Shown: positions 18,844-29,329 of the stretch, in pieces
Numbering within the stretch: position 1 is the stretch's first letter
Layout of the letters: each line of letters opens with the position of its first letter
Source: Naegleria gruberi
Lineage: Eukaryota
Assembly: GCA_000004985.1 (NCBI GenBank)
Contig: GG738900.1
Length of the DNA: 64,000 bases
Strand: one strand, 5' to 3'
The notes under the pieces: model-generated
What the model was told of the DNA's origin: nothing
Database searches by the model: none
The model's input: only the letters and a program-made list of their open reading frames with translations
Program-made: the position numbers and the translations under genes

Positions 18844-21309
18844 ATGTCTCAACACCAAGTTGATTTTACCCTCGCGGATCTTCCCACTGAAATTCATCAT
18901 ACAATTTTTTACTACCTCGATTATGTTCGTGATATTTGTTGTGATCAGTTATTGTATGTTCCGATGATTGAAATGCCATCAACATTGGAAGAATATGAAC
19001 GGAATTGTATTGATCATGGTGAACAGGAATTTATTGATTTTGATCATCCTAGTCGCGTGCCTTTCTTTTTAGCCTGTCAATCACTGCTGAAATCTGTAAA
19101 ATCATTCAGACCAATAGTTTTGAATTTAACACTACCATCAACAGAAAGGGGGCTCTGCAGATATTATTTGGACAAGTTATATATTGAAACATTTCAAAGA
19201 ACTCCTTGGTTTAGAAGAGCAAAACCTGCATATCATTTTAGTAGTTATGATTGGAATGACGCATTTAGAGCACTATTTGAAAGGATGAAAAAGCTTTGTG
19301 GTGGTCATCCTTTGTTTAAAGTGGAATTTGTATCAGTTGCTTGTATTGTTGGCAGAAACTATACCTCTTTTGAATATGCTTATCATGGAGGATTTAATTT
19401 ACACAAACTTATGGATCTAGTACCTAACCTTAAATATGCACTATTCGATTTCAACCCTTCATTAGTTTTATATGAAAGAAGTGAATCTTTGACCATTATT
19501 TATGCATCAAAGTCAGATTATTACCATTCAGCATTGGGACAAAAAAAGAACATTTACTTCTCATCCTTTGATTATGAAAGAAACCCAATAGTACCAATTG
19601 AAAAATTGAAAGGAGTATTTCCAAACAATTATCCAACAAATATTGAAATATTCCTCTACAATAGTATAGTATCAAATAATTTTAAGGAGGCAAAATATAT
19701 TATCAACAATTTTACTCTTAATGCTAATATATTTTCCTATATATGGAATACCAAATCTTACATGACACGAGAACTCAACTATTATAATCTTACACAAATT
19801 ATGGACATATTACATTTTTTTTACAAAAATTATCCATCTTTTAGAGTATTTAGAATTCCAATAGACAATATAGTATGCTTAAAACTAATTGTATCACAGC
19901 CATTTGTAGATATTCATGTTGGTAAGAATATTACCAAATTATTCCTAGAGAGAATGACTACTAAAGATGTTCAGGTACTATCTAGAGATTATAATGTTGA
20001 TTTTTCCAAACTTGGTAATTTCAAATTCTCTGCTAATTGTTTTTTAGAAACAAATTTACAAATAGAAAATACTTGTGATATTTTTGGTGTATCCACGGCT
20101 ATGTTTAGATTGGAAAGAGGCAGTAACATTATTGAGAAGGATAAGTTTGGAAATAATATCCTTCATTATATATTCTTGAATAGGAGAGGAAACAATTTAT
20201 CGCAATCTCTTTCAAAGTTTTCACAAGAGGAAATTAAATTACTTGGAAAAGAGCCAAACATTTTCGGTATCACTGCAAATGAACTAGCGCTTATTAAGGG
20301 ATGTGACTTTAAAATTGAAAGTTTTAATAAGAAATTCTGCTACGAGTCCTTTGGTAGAACCTGTGGCAGTTCAGATTTGCCTAGAATGTTACTATTTGAT
20401 GGATTAATGGTTAATGAACAAATCTATTGTGTATTTATGAATAATTTACAAACCAGTAGATATGATTATGATCAATATAGAGATATCAACTTTAGAGATG
20501 AAAATGGAAAGCATTTGGTTCACTATTCCCCAAATTGTTTTAGTGAAAACACAGAGTGTTTGGGTTTAGAATTGAAAGATATTATCTTTTGCAAAGATAA
20601 TAATCAAACAATGCCCATCCAAACATTTTACAATAGTTATCTTGTGGCTTTGGACAAGTTAGGACAAATTGAGAATATGCCCAAGTTGAACTTTTTTTCA
20701 TATACTGATAACTTTGGAATGTGTCGATATTTATATTTATTGATGAATTCCTATATTAATACTCAGTTATTGGTATCAGAAGCTGATACTATTGGATTTG
20801 ATTACTCTTCAGGTCAACCTGAACTTGTATCATTGTGTTCTCATTATTTGGATGGACTCTATCATTTTTCAATTGAAAAAAGCCCTTTGAAACAATTGAA
20901 AGGTATTAGATACTTTGGAAGTGTTGATGGAGATGATTTCTCACATTACGTATTGAGATATTATTTGGATTACATTAACAAAAACCCTACTTACTATCTA
21001 GACACTTCAACCCTCAAGGTTCTTATTGCTAGAGGACTAAAGTTTGATGTTGTTAGAAACTCACAAGGGCAAACAGCTTTTGATTTAATTGATCACTTAA
21101 CAGGGACGACACAATTGAAACATATGAAGAAAGTATGTAGAAAAGGCCGTACCACAAAATCCAAGGCATTACCCAAATTTACAATCAAACACAATCCAAT
21201 TCCAAAAGATGTTTTAATAGAGGATTCTGAAACAACACTTGTTGTTAAATCACAAAATGTTGCACCATTCCGTATTAGAATCAAACGCAGTTTAACATTT
21301 CACAAATAG
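18844..21309 (+). CDS. hypothetical 821-aa protein with an F-box-like N-terminus
   Basis: True ATG. The N-terminus LADLPTEIHHTIFYYLDYVRDI resembles the F-box LPxEI..xIF..L pattern. No family could be assigned to the rest. Confidence 0.5.
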   Translation: MSQHQVDFTLADLPTEIHHTIFYYLDYVRDICCDQLLYVPMIEMPSTLEEYERNCIDHGEQEFIDFDHPSRVPFFLACQSLLKSVKSFRPIVLNLTLPSTERGLCRYYLDKLYIETFQRTPWFRRAKPAYHFSSYDWNDAFRALFERMKKLCGGHPLFKVEFVSVACIVGRNYTSFEYAYHGGFNLHKLMDLVPNLKYALFDFNPSLVLYERSESLTIIYASKSDYYHSALGQKKNIYFSSFDYERNPIVPIEKLKGVFPNNYPTNIEIFLYNSIVSNNFKEAKYIINNFTLNANIFSYIWNTKSYMTRELNYYNLTQIMDILHFFYKNYPSFRVFRIPIDNIVCLKLIVSQPFVDIHVGKNITKLFLERMTTKDVQVLSRDYNVDFSKLGNFKFSANCFLETNLQIENTCDIFGVSTAMFRLERGSNIIEKDKFGNNILHYIFLNRRGNNLSQSLSKFSQEEIKLLGKEPNIFGITANELALIKGCDFKIESFNKKFCYESFGRTCGSSDLPRMLLFDGLMVNEQIYCVFMNNLQTSRYDYDQYRDINFRDENGKHLVHYSPNCFSENTECLGLELKDIIFCKDNNQTMPIQTFYNSYLVALDKLGQIENMPKLNFFSYTDNFGMCRYLYLLMNSYINTQLLVSEADTIGFDYSSGQPELVSLCSHYLDGLYHFSIEKSPLKQLKGIRYFGSVDGDDFSHYVLRYYLDYINKNPTYYLDTSTLKVLIARGLKFDVVRNSQGQTAFDLIDHLTGTTQLKHMKKVCRKGRTTKSKALPKFTIKHNPIPKDVLIEDSETTLVVKSQNVAPFRIRIKRSLTFHK

Positions 21310-21476
21310 CCTAGAAAATAATAAAATAAAGAAGTTCAGCAGAAACATCATATTGATAGATATCCAACAGGTGGTCTTACATCAGTATTAGCTGTTGATG
21401 AAAACAAAATGGGTTGGATTAACATTTAATTTGGCAGTTGACATTATTTCAATTAAGTTTTCTATTGGTTGAAAAT

Positions 21477-21697
21477 GACGGGAAGCCTGCCAGGAATATG
21501 ACGACAATCCCGCTACAGTCTTTGACTGTATGAACAGTGAAGGCAACGAAGACAGAATCTTGTTGGTTCAGGTTTTGTTTGAAGAAATTGTTAAAGTTGA
21601 TCAACCTCATATTTATTGAACATTTGTCATGTTGAAATGCATGATGCAAATTTTGGTTTCTCATATTCTGATCAATTCTAAATTGAAACTTCATTAT
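21477..21697. repeat. copy 1 of a ~230-bp conserved element of unknown nature (other copy at 44032-44270)
   Basis: The first ~70 nt (gacgggaagcctgccaggaatatgacgacaatcccgctacagtctttgactgtatgaacagtgaaggcaa) differs from copy 2 by 2 nt. The remainder is about 75-80% identical, with conserved blocks gttgatcaacct..tatttattgaacatt, tgatgcaaattttggtttc, tctgatcaa and attgaaacttca. Confidence 0.7.
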
Positions 21698-21716
21698 TTA
21701 CAATTTACTGAATTAT

Positions 21717-22004
21717 TTACAAGTTTTTAGATTTGGTAATTTTCTTAGTTGTGGTAGTAGATTGTTTAGCTCTCTTTTCAATTGAATTTTTAGAAGATCT
21801 TTTCACTGAAATTTGTTTACCATTTAAATTTGCATGATGATAATCAATATTATTACGATGTCTAGTTCCACTTATAATATTTGAAGTATCAATATCAAAT
21901 AATGGTAATCTTTTAGATAAATCAATTGGTTTAGATCTTGTCCATTCTGTTTTTGTTGGAATTCTATCTTCGGAAGAATGTGATGAAGTATTTCTAGCTG
22001 GCAT
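21717..22004 (-). CDS. small Ser/Asn/Thr-rich protein (95 aa), paralog of 22228-22443
   Basis: True ATG (MPARNTSS...). The motif DIDTSNIISGTRHRNNIDYHHANLNGK is shared with the divergently transcribed neighbour. Confidence 0.45.
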   Translation of the reverse strand: MPARNTSSHSSEDRIPTKTEWTRSKPIDLSKRLPLFDIDTSNIISGTRHRNNIDYHHANLNGKQISVKRSSKNSIEKRAKQSTTTTKKITKSKNL

Positions 22005-22227
22005 TTTGCTCTTAGTTCTTGTTATTAGGTTGTTTTGTTTTGTTGTGGAAATTTCATCATCCTATACCAGTTATCTATTTATTTCCATATTGATTTCCAC
22101 TAATTTTGTGATTCCGATTTTTAGTGGATTTTCCACTCATCACAAGAATTTGAATTTTTCTATTAATATTAAGGAAATTTAATGAAAATCAACAAACAAA
22201 AGAAAATAACAAAATAACAATAAGAAA

Positions 22228-22443
22228 ATGGTCTCAACAAGAAGAAATATGTATAATTCCTCCAATAATACTTCACAATTTAATTCCGAAATTTCTCTGG
22301 ATAATATTATTGGTGGAACAAGAAGAAGAAATTTAATTGATTACAAAACATTGAATTCTATTGGAAGTGAAACAAGCAAAACTTCCAAATCTCAATCACA
22401 TAACACTTTAGAAATGAGAAACAAACAATTCAAAATGTGGTAA
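22228..22443 (+). CDS. small Ser/Asn/Thr-rich protein (71 aa), paralog of 21717-22004
   Basis: True ATG (MVSTRRNMYNSSNN...). It contains EISLDNIIGGTRRRNLIDYKTLNSIGSE. The two motif regions are about 70% identical at the nucleotide level. Confidence 0.45.
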   Translation: MVSTRRNMYNSSNNTSQFNSEISLDNIIGGTRRRNLIDYKTLNSIGSETSKTSKSQSHNTLEMRNKQFKMW

Positions 22444-23243
22444 TCTCCATTTAACTCAAAATTTTGTAAACCTAGGCATTCATTGTAAATAAACCCAAAA
22501 TATTGATATAAAGGAATACTCTCCTAATCAAATAAATTGTCTTATTCAACAATATCGTTCCGTTTCAATAGCATAATAACAAAGAGTTGCATTCCTCCTC
22601 TTAATTTCCTTATCGTTAACTTTTCCATTATGAATCGTTTTTCCAAAGTAACTAGTTCTGCCAGTTTTAAAATGTAAGCAGTGTATTCAATTTTTAAATT
22701 GCAATAATGTACATGTTGTTTATCCTCATTGAAACATAATGAAATGAATTCCTTTTTGAAAAGAAGATTTTGGGATTCCTATTTACTTTGATATCACAAC
22801 ATCCATACATGCATGTTGAATGAGAGGGTGTTTACATGTCCGTGTAGTTTTTTTCATCATTGGCGGTTCCAAAAGTTACAACGAGTTCCCATCTAATTAT
22901 TTTAAGCAACACGATCAAGAGGGTTAAATGAGAATATTGTAAACTAATATCTCCCTTTTCCCTATGTGTTGTTATGAGTTCTATTCGATAGTTAGATGAT
23001 ACTGAGGTGTTACCATTCCTCTTACTGACTTCTCAATAAGGTTGTTCCACAAATGTTCAACCAATTCAATTCTCAGAAAACCATTGAACTCTATTAAACT
23101 CCATTGTAAATATTGTAATCTTACTCAGTCAAAATTACTATAAATTCAAATTGACAATTCTTTTTGATAAAAACAAAACAAACAAACAATAATATTCAAT
23201 ATTGAATTGTATCTGAAAACTCCTCAACAAACTTAAACTCAAA

Positions 23244-23780
23244 ATGACTCAACAAACTCACGAAGAATTATTCAATGAAAACATGTGTGGAAGTGGTTTG
23301 GCATTCAAGAAGGTAGTTTGTGAATTATTCAACAATCGTATTGTCCCTGCGACCAAGAATCTTCAACAAGTCAACCCAAAGATGATCATCTTGTTGGATT
23401 GGGCTTCTCTTGCTGCATTGCCAAGTGAAACCAAATACAAGTATGGTGATAGATTTGTTGAAGATACCCTGTTGAATAATTGCATCAAATTCTTAATTGA
23501 AAGTCCAAGATTGAGCAATATGAGTGAAATTGCCAAGGTTTTCATCAAGGATCCTGATTGTAAGGAAGTTTTTATGGGATTGGAAAAGTTGATTTTCAGA
23601 GTTGTACACAATGCTGATAGTAAGGAATCTTCAGGTTTCCTTGGATATTCTTACAAGGTTAATGGTACTGATTTGGTTGTCACTTTGGATTGCAATTTGA
23701 CTCTTGTTATGAAGGTTGCCAATGAAAGACAAAGCCCAACTGCTGATTCAGAAGCTAAAAAGTTGATTAATGCTTTCTAA
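23244..23780 (+). CDS. hypothetical 178-aa protein
   Basis: Clean single ORF with a true ATG. No family recognised. Confidence 0.45.
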   Translation: MTQQTHEELFNENMCGSGLAFKKVVCELFNNRIVPATKNLQQVNPKMIILLDWASLAALPSETKYKYGDRFVEDTLLNNCIKFLIESPRLSNMSEIAKVFIKDPDCKEVFMGLEKLIFRVVHNADSKESSGFLGYSYKVNGTDLVVTLDCNLTLVMKVANERQSPTADSEAKKLINAF

Positions 23781-23856
23781 TTTTTTAAATGGCAGTACTC
23801 TATGAATCAACATTGATTTACCTAATAAAAAACCTTTATTTTTGAATTGTCAAAAA

Positions 23857-23976
23857 GACTACAGCACCACAGGTTCCCAAGTTGTCTCCAACCTCAGTAC
23901 TGATGTGGCTCGACGATGCTTAACTTCTCAAATCGGACGGGATGAGGTGCATTCATCGTGATATGGCCGTAGCCAT
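23857..23976 (-). rRNA. 5S ribosomal RNA gene (second copy)
   Basis: It differs at 2 positions from the copy at 10221-10340 and has the same minus orientation and the same T5 terminator. The flanks are unrelated to those of copy 1. Confidence 0.9.
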
Positions 23977-24102
23977 TCATTTTCTTAATTTGTGATATAT
24001 AAAACATCTTCTTAAAATCTTAATGTTGAATAAGTCAATGAATTCTTTGTTCGCACACAGAATAGTAACTTTCAAATTCCGCTAAAAATTAGAACAAAAA
24101 AA

Positions 24103-24795
24103 ATGAGTACAAACTTTTCTCAAGGTTTTCTGGTAAGAATGAAAGGAGAGCTAAAATTGCTCAAGAATCAACCTCCTCACGGAATTGCAGCCTATCCAAA
24201 GAATGAAGATCGTATCGATATTTTGGAAGCAAAAATACAAGGAACACAAGGTACACCCTATGAAGGTGGTGAATTTGTTTTGGAAATTACACTTCCGAAT
24301 AATTATCCTCATCATCCTCCAAATGTTAGATTTATTACAAAGATTTATCATCCTAATTTTGATAGTGGAGGCAGAATTTGTTTGGATCTATTGAACATGC
24401 CACCAAAAGGAGCATGGAAGCCTAGTATTAATATTTCAACATTGTTGGCTTCTATTAAATTATTAATGGATGAACCGAATGGAGATGATGGATTAATGGC
24501 AGACATTACAGAACAATTTAGAAATAATAGACAATTATTTGAGAAGATTGCAAAGGAATGGACGAAAAAGTATGCAATTACAAGTTTTGTGACAACAGAT
24601 TCATCGGAACAAACAAAGGAAGAAGAAAATAATGCAAAACCACCAGTTGAATCAAATGATAAATCATCGGAAAAGGAGAAGAAAGTAAGAAAGATTAATG
24701 ACAGTAGCAGTAGTGATGATGATGATAGCAGTAGTAGCAGTGAAGATGAGGAAGAAGGACTATTCCACAAGAAAATGAAAAAGAGAAAGCTTTAA
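24103..24795 (+). CDS. ubiquitin-conjugating enzyme E2, UBE2T-like, with a Ser/Asp/Glu-rich C-terminal tail
   Basis: The UBC fold around the active-site Cys reads HPNFDSGGRICLDLLNMPPKGAWKPSINISTLLASIKLLMDEPNGDDGLMADI, close to human UBE2T ([53 protein letters not shown]). Confidence 0.85.
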   Translation: MSTNFSQGFLVRMKGELKLLKNQPPHGIAAYPKNEDRIDILEAKIQGTQGTPYEGGEFVLEITLPNNYPHHPPNVRFITKIYHPNFDSGGRICLDLLNMPPKGAWKPSINISTLLASIKLLMDEPNGDDGLMADITEQFRNNRQLFEKIAKEWTKKYAITSFVTTDSSEQTKEEENNAKPPVESNDKSSEKEKKVRKINDSSSSDDDDSSSSSEDEEEGLFHKKMKKRKL

Positions 24796-24796
24796 T

Positions 24797-25612
24797 TTAG
24801 AATAATGAATTATTAGATTGGCTCTTTGTACTTGACTTGGCTCTGCTTGAGCTTGGTGGAGCACCCAAGAATCCCATATCAAAACCACCATCTCCTCCAC
24901 CTGACTTTGATCCAGCGGAACCTGTTGCTTCAGTGGTTCTTCCTTTTGTCTTAACTTTAATGTTAACTTTGATCTTTTCACCTTCTCCTAAACTATAGTC
25001 CTTTTGTTCTTCTTCAACTGGATTTTCATCTTGATCTTTCACATTCTTAACCAATCTATTAAATTGTAAATAAATTGTAAAATTTAAATACGTACTTTTG
25101 GTGATCTTGCAAAGCAACATTGAAATCAAAAGCATCGGATCTTTCTCCAAAACCGATACCAATGAATGCATGCCTTCCTTTTTGTTTATCTTCAATTCTG
25201 AGAACAAAGTAACGACTAGAGTCTAAAACTCTTTCAATAGCTTGTGGTCCACTTTCATCAGTATTTACATTACAAGTGGCAAATCTCTTTTCAGTTGCTG
25301 GATCTTCAAGTCTGACTTCACAATGTTGTCCAATAGCAACAACCTTACATCTACCAGTCCAGAGAGGTTCTCCCCAGTTTTCAGCCTTATAACCTTCGGA
25401 AGAGGTTCTTGGAGGAATACGGAAGACATAAGTATTGTTTATAATACACAAAGTTTGTTCATATTCTAATGATGAGAGAAATTAAAAGAGAATTAATTTT
25501 GATGAGATTAATGATGGCCAGTTTAAAAAAAGGTGAGACGACGTATTACATGTTTCGCACAAAAAATCCAATACAAAAAACACGTACGGTTATTGAAGAT
25601 AGAGTCAGTCAT
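24797..25612 (-). CDS. NECAP (adaptin-ear-binding coat-associated protein) homolog, 3 exons
   Basis: The PHear domain reads VFRIPPRTSSEGYKAENW...TGRCKVV...DSSRYFVLRIEDKQKGRHAFIGIGFGERSDAFDFNVALQDHQK, matching NECAP1 (VYRIPPRASNRGYRASDW...[40 protein letters not shown]). Inferred exons are 25612-25588 (MTDSIFNN), 25465-25096 and 25055-24797. The introns are 122 and 40 nt, both with GTACGT donors. Confidence 0.75.
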
Positions 25613-25818
25613 TTTTTTAAATTTGAAAATAACAGTTTTTTAGGAATTATTTCCAAAATTTATTTTTTTAACGGTGACGACAGCTAAATTATTTTTATTA
25701 ATTTTGTGGAAGACAGTTCAATGAAAATTGGATGACAAATCGATAATGAATTTGAAGGATAACAAAAATTTAGATTTTTAGAATTTTAATAATTTAATAA
25801 TTTAATTTTTTGCTTAGC

Positions 25819-26663
25819 TTATTTCTTAAAGAAGGATCTGATTTGTTCATTGACAACAGAAATTGGTTGTTCACCATTAATGTTTCTCACCAAACCCTTT
25901 TGATTATAATATCCGAGAACCTTATCAGCGTATCCGTGATAAGTCTTCAAACGATTTCTAATAATATTTTCATTGTCATCAGGTCTTTGAGTGAGTGGTT
26001 CTCCAGTTACGTCATCCAAACCATCGACTTTTGGTGGTTTAAAGAATTTGTTATATGTACGACCAGATGTAAGGTGAGTCAATCTTCCACTAACTCGTTT
26101 AACAACAACTTCATCAGAGACTCCTAAATTGAGAACATGTTCTACAGAAGTATTTCTATCACTCAACATTTGATCCAACTATTAGAATAAAACAATAAAT
26201 TATCCATTTTCCGAAAAGGAAACAAGGTGATAGAGCATAATTCAATGTCGGACCAAAGGAATCCATTCAAACAAAGTTTGTTCAGGGAACAAATTGAAAA
26301 TTTCAATACTTACAGCTTCAGCTTGTGGTACTGTACGTGGGAAACCATCGAGAATGAAACCATATCTACAAGCAGGAGAACCAATACTATCCCTAATGAT
26401 ACCAATGACAATATCATCACTGACAAGTTCACCAGCATCAATCTTAGCTTTAGCCTTCAAACCCATTTCTGTTTGGTTTCTTACGGCATCTCTCAACATA
26501 TCACCTGTAGACAAATGGCAAGCTTCATATTCCTTGGATAATTGAATAGCTTGAGTACCCTTTCCTAAAGATAACAATTAATACTATTGAAAAATTTCCT
26601 ACTATTATACTAACCTGAACCTGGAGGACCAAAGAAAACAAATCTATTTCTATGTTCAGACAT
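25819..26663 (-). CDS. adenylate kinase (AK2/AK3-like), 3 exons
   Basis: Exon 1 (26663-26615) encodes [17 protein letters not shown]. Exon 2 (26564-26314) encodes [27 protein letters not shown]...[16 protein letters not shown]. Exon 3 (26178-25819) encodes the LID and C-terminus ([43 protein letters not shown]). The introns are 50 and 135 nt. Confidence 0.85.
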
Positions 26664-27441
26664 TTTATATGAGTTAAAAGTGTATTGATGAAAATGAGTC
26701 GACGCGGCAGGGGCACAATCGAAATATTTTTTTTGATTTAATTTTTATGATGCGATGCAAGTCTTCATCGAAGCAAGCAACAGCAGCAGAAGAAGAAGTA
26801 TCAATCTCATCCATCTGCTTGGTTTTTTACGGTGTGGCTGATGATGACAAATAGCAAAACAACTTTCGTGCTCGGTGGTTTTATCAAAAATGTTGGAACA
26901 ATGCACCGAGAATAAGAATCACCCACTCTTACTAATAAGAAAATACGATCCGTTGCTACCAGCCTTCTCAATACAAGTCAATCAATTTGGTGCACGTGTG
27001 TCTCAAGGTAAGTAGCCGACAGTTTGGTTCTTGGTGAGCAACAGCAAGCAACTTGAACATTGTAAGGAATTCTGGTCAACCTACCAATACTATTTATTGT
27101 CTACTAATGAAGTTGTTAGTGTAATAATTCCCTCAGATAGCAACAGTATTAAAGTCAATTCTCCATTATTTTGATTGAATGTAGAGTGTATTACTGAATC
27201 AAGAGATTTTTCATTGGAAAAACCGAAAAATACACATCAGACGTTATCATACATTGTAAACATGAGGGCTCGATCAAGAAAATTCCTTCGTATCGTTAGG
27301 AATACCTTCTATTAACAGTAATAAGGAATTCATCTTACAATTAAGGTTCACTTTCAGAGAAGAATTCTATTTTTAGATAAGAGAACTGAAAAACAGATTA
27401 AAATTCGAAAATGATGTAAACAATTAAAATTAATTAAAAAA

Positions 27442-28196
27442 ATGATCAGCTCATCAAATAATACATCAACAGCCAACACAACAAGAGGGCAGATAAGATG
27501 TGGAAAATTGAATCACACTCCGGATCTAGAAGGATACATTGTTGTGAATTGTTGTTCCACTGCTAAAGATCAATTATATAAACAATTGTCTCCCATGTTA
27601 TTGGGCCCATATGAATACGAAATGGATGCTACTGATTATCCTCTCGATGAGAAAAACAAACCTTCTAAAAAAGTTGTAATTCATAATTTGGAAAACTTTT
27701 GGCAATTTTCTAAAGTTTGGGAAGGAGAGGAAGAAAGTTTTTACAATGAAAAGACCAAAACTAATGAATTGAGACCAAATAGATTGTTTTTCGAGAGAAG
27801 AGCTGAAGGTTGGAATGATAAGAAGGCACACAGGTAGGTCTATTAATTTTAATCATGCATTTACATCATTTTCACAATTAATATTCTCAAAGATGGGTCA
27901 AGAAGGGAGAAAAGACATTGTATGCCTGGTGGCATGGAGAAAAGCTCGATTACATGGCTGGTAGAAGAAGAATCTACTGTCCACTCTATGCTGAGAAGGT
28001 AGTTCACATTGAAGGATTTAAAAAGGTTCAAAATCTCCTCAATAAGGGACACAATATTTTAATTCTTGGTTATGATGGTTACGATTATCATGCTGAGAAT
28101 ATGACACTTCAAGATTGTTTCAATGATGTTTCAAGACCATTCGGTCACGAATTGGTATTGTGTGGCTTGTTAACTAATGATCATGTTTGGGAGTAA
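27442..28196 (+). CDS. hypothetical protein, 2 exons
   Basis: True ATG at 27442. Exon 1 runs to about 27833 (..NDKKAHR, donor ACAG|gtaggt). Exon 2 starts about 27893 and continues the frame into the 27918 ORF (..WVKKGEKTLYAWWHGEKLDY..). No family recognised. Confidence 0.45.
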
Positions 28197-28218
28197 AAAG
28201 AAAATTTTACAATAAAAA

Positions 28219-29174
28219 AATGCCTCCAAACCAATCATTAACAACACCTATTAATGTTGTCACAGCAACGTATTTGGACCCGAAAAAAGTGAGTTTTTGA
28301 TGATCATCACATATCGGAAATATATTTATTCTAGTATTCTAAATTTCTAAATATTTGGATTTATCTAGGAGTGTTGTACGGAGTGCAATATTTGCAATAT
28401 TTATATGTAAATAGGAAAAGTAAAGAGTGGGATGTAAAATTAAAGAAATGGATAGAACTTGTACAAAAGTGGAAACGAGGAGAATTACAACAATATGATT
28501 GGAATTCATATAAATATGATATATTACCACAGTCTATTTATTCTACTCTTTCAGTTTTTTCAAAAGCCTACATGGAAAATAAGGAAGAGGAAGTTAAATT
28601 ACCACCTACGTTATTGATGGGAGCATCATTTGTAAATTCATTGGAAAATGTAGTTTTTGGAACTGAAAAGAAAGATACAATTTCAAAAGGAGATGAATTA
28701 TTTTCAATTAAAGATCTGGACCAAAATACTAATAATTCAACAATAGAGGCCATGGCAGAACAAGCTACTCATTCAATAATGGAAAAATTTGAAAAACTAA
28801 ATGAATGGAATGATTTTGATTATCAACAATATTTTGCGACGAAATCGCCACCGTGGAAATCGAGATTTATCTTCAACCCCAATGAAGAGATTCCATCTAT
28901 TGAGGATATAAAACAAAATGAAGACTTGAGAATTGACACATTAGGCGAGCAACCACATGAATTTGACAAGTATTTATTTGAGGATTTTCTGGACCATATG
29001 GATCCTTTTATTAATCATCAACTTGCCAAACCTTCACTAAGTATGATTAGAGGTAAACAGGGTACTCTCTTCAATCCATCTCGAGTTCACTACATTCTCA
29101 ATGACATTGAAAATGACAGAAGAAGAATCATCAGAAATGCTATTGATTCAATAAAATTAAACAAGGTGCAATAA
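28219..29174 (+). CDS. hypothetical membrane protein, 2 exons (28219-28287 and 28335-29174)
   Basis: A short exon encodes MPPNQSLTTPINVVTATYLDPKK and ends at a GTGAGT donor. A 47-nt intron ends in ctag. Exon 2 continues in frame with YSKFLNIWIYLGVLYGVQYLQYLYV, a predicted TM helix, into the 28371 ORF. Confidence 0.4.
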
Positions 29175-29329
29175 TAACATTCCTATTTCTAATCAAATTA
29201 ATATTGATGAAGCATGATAATAGCCACCTTCAATTTAAATTTTAAATCAAATTCAACAAATCCGAAGCCATCATGATGAAGGTAAAAAAGAACATCAAAA
29301 AAAATATTCAAAAAATAAATTGAAAAAAA

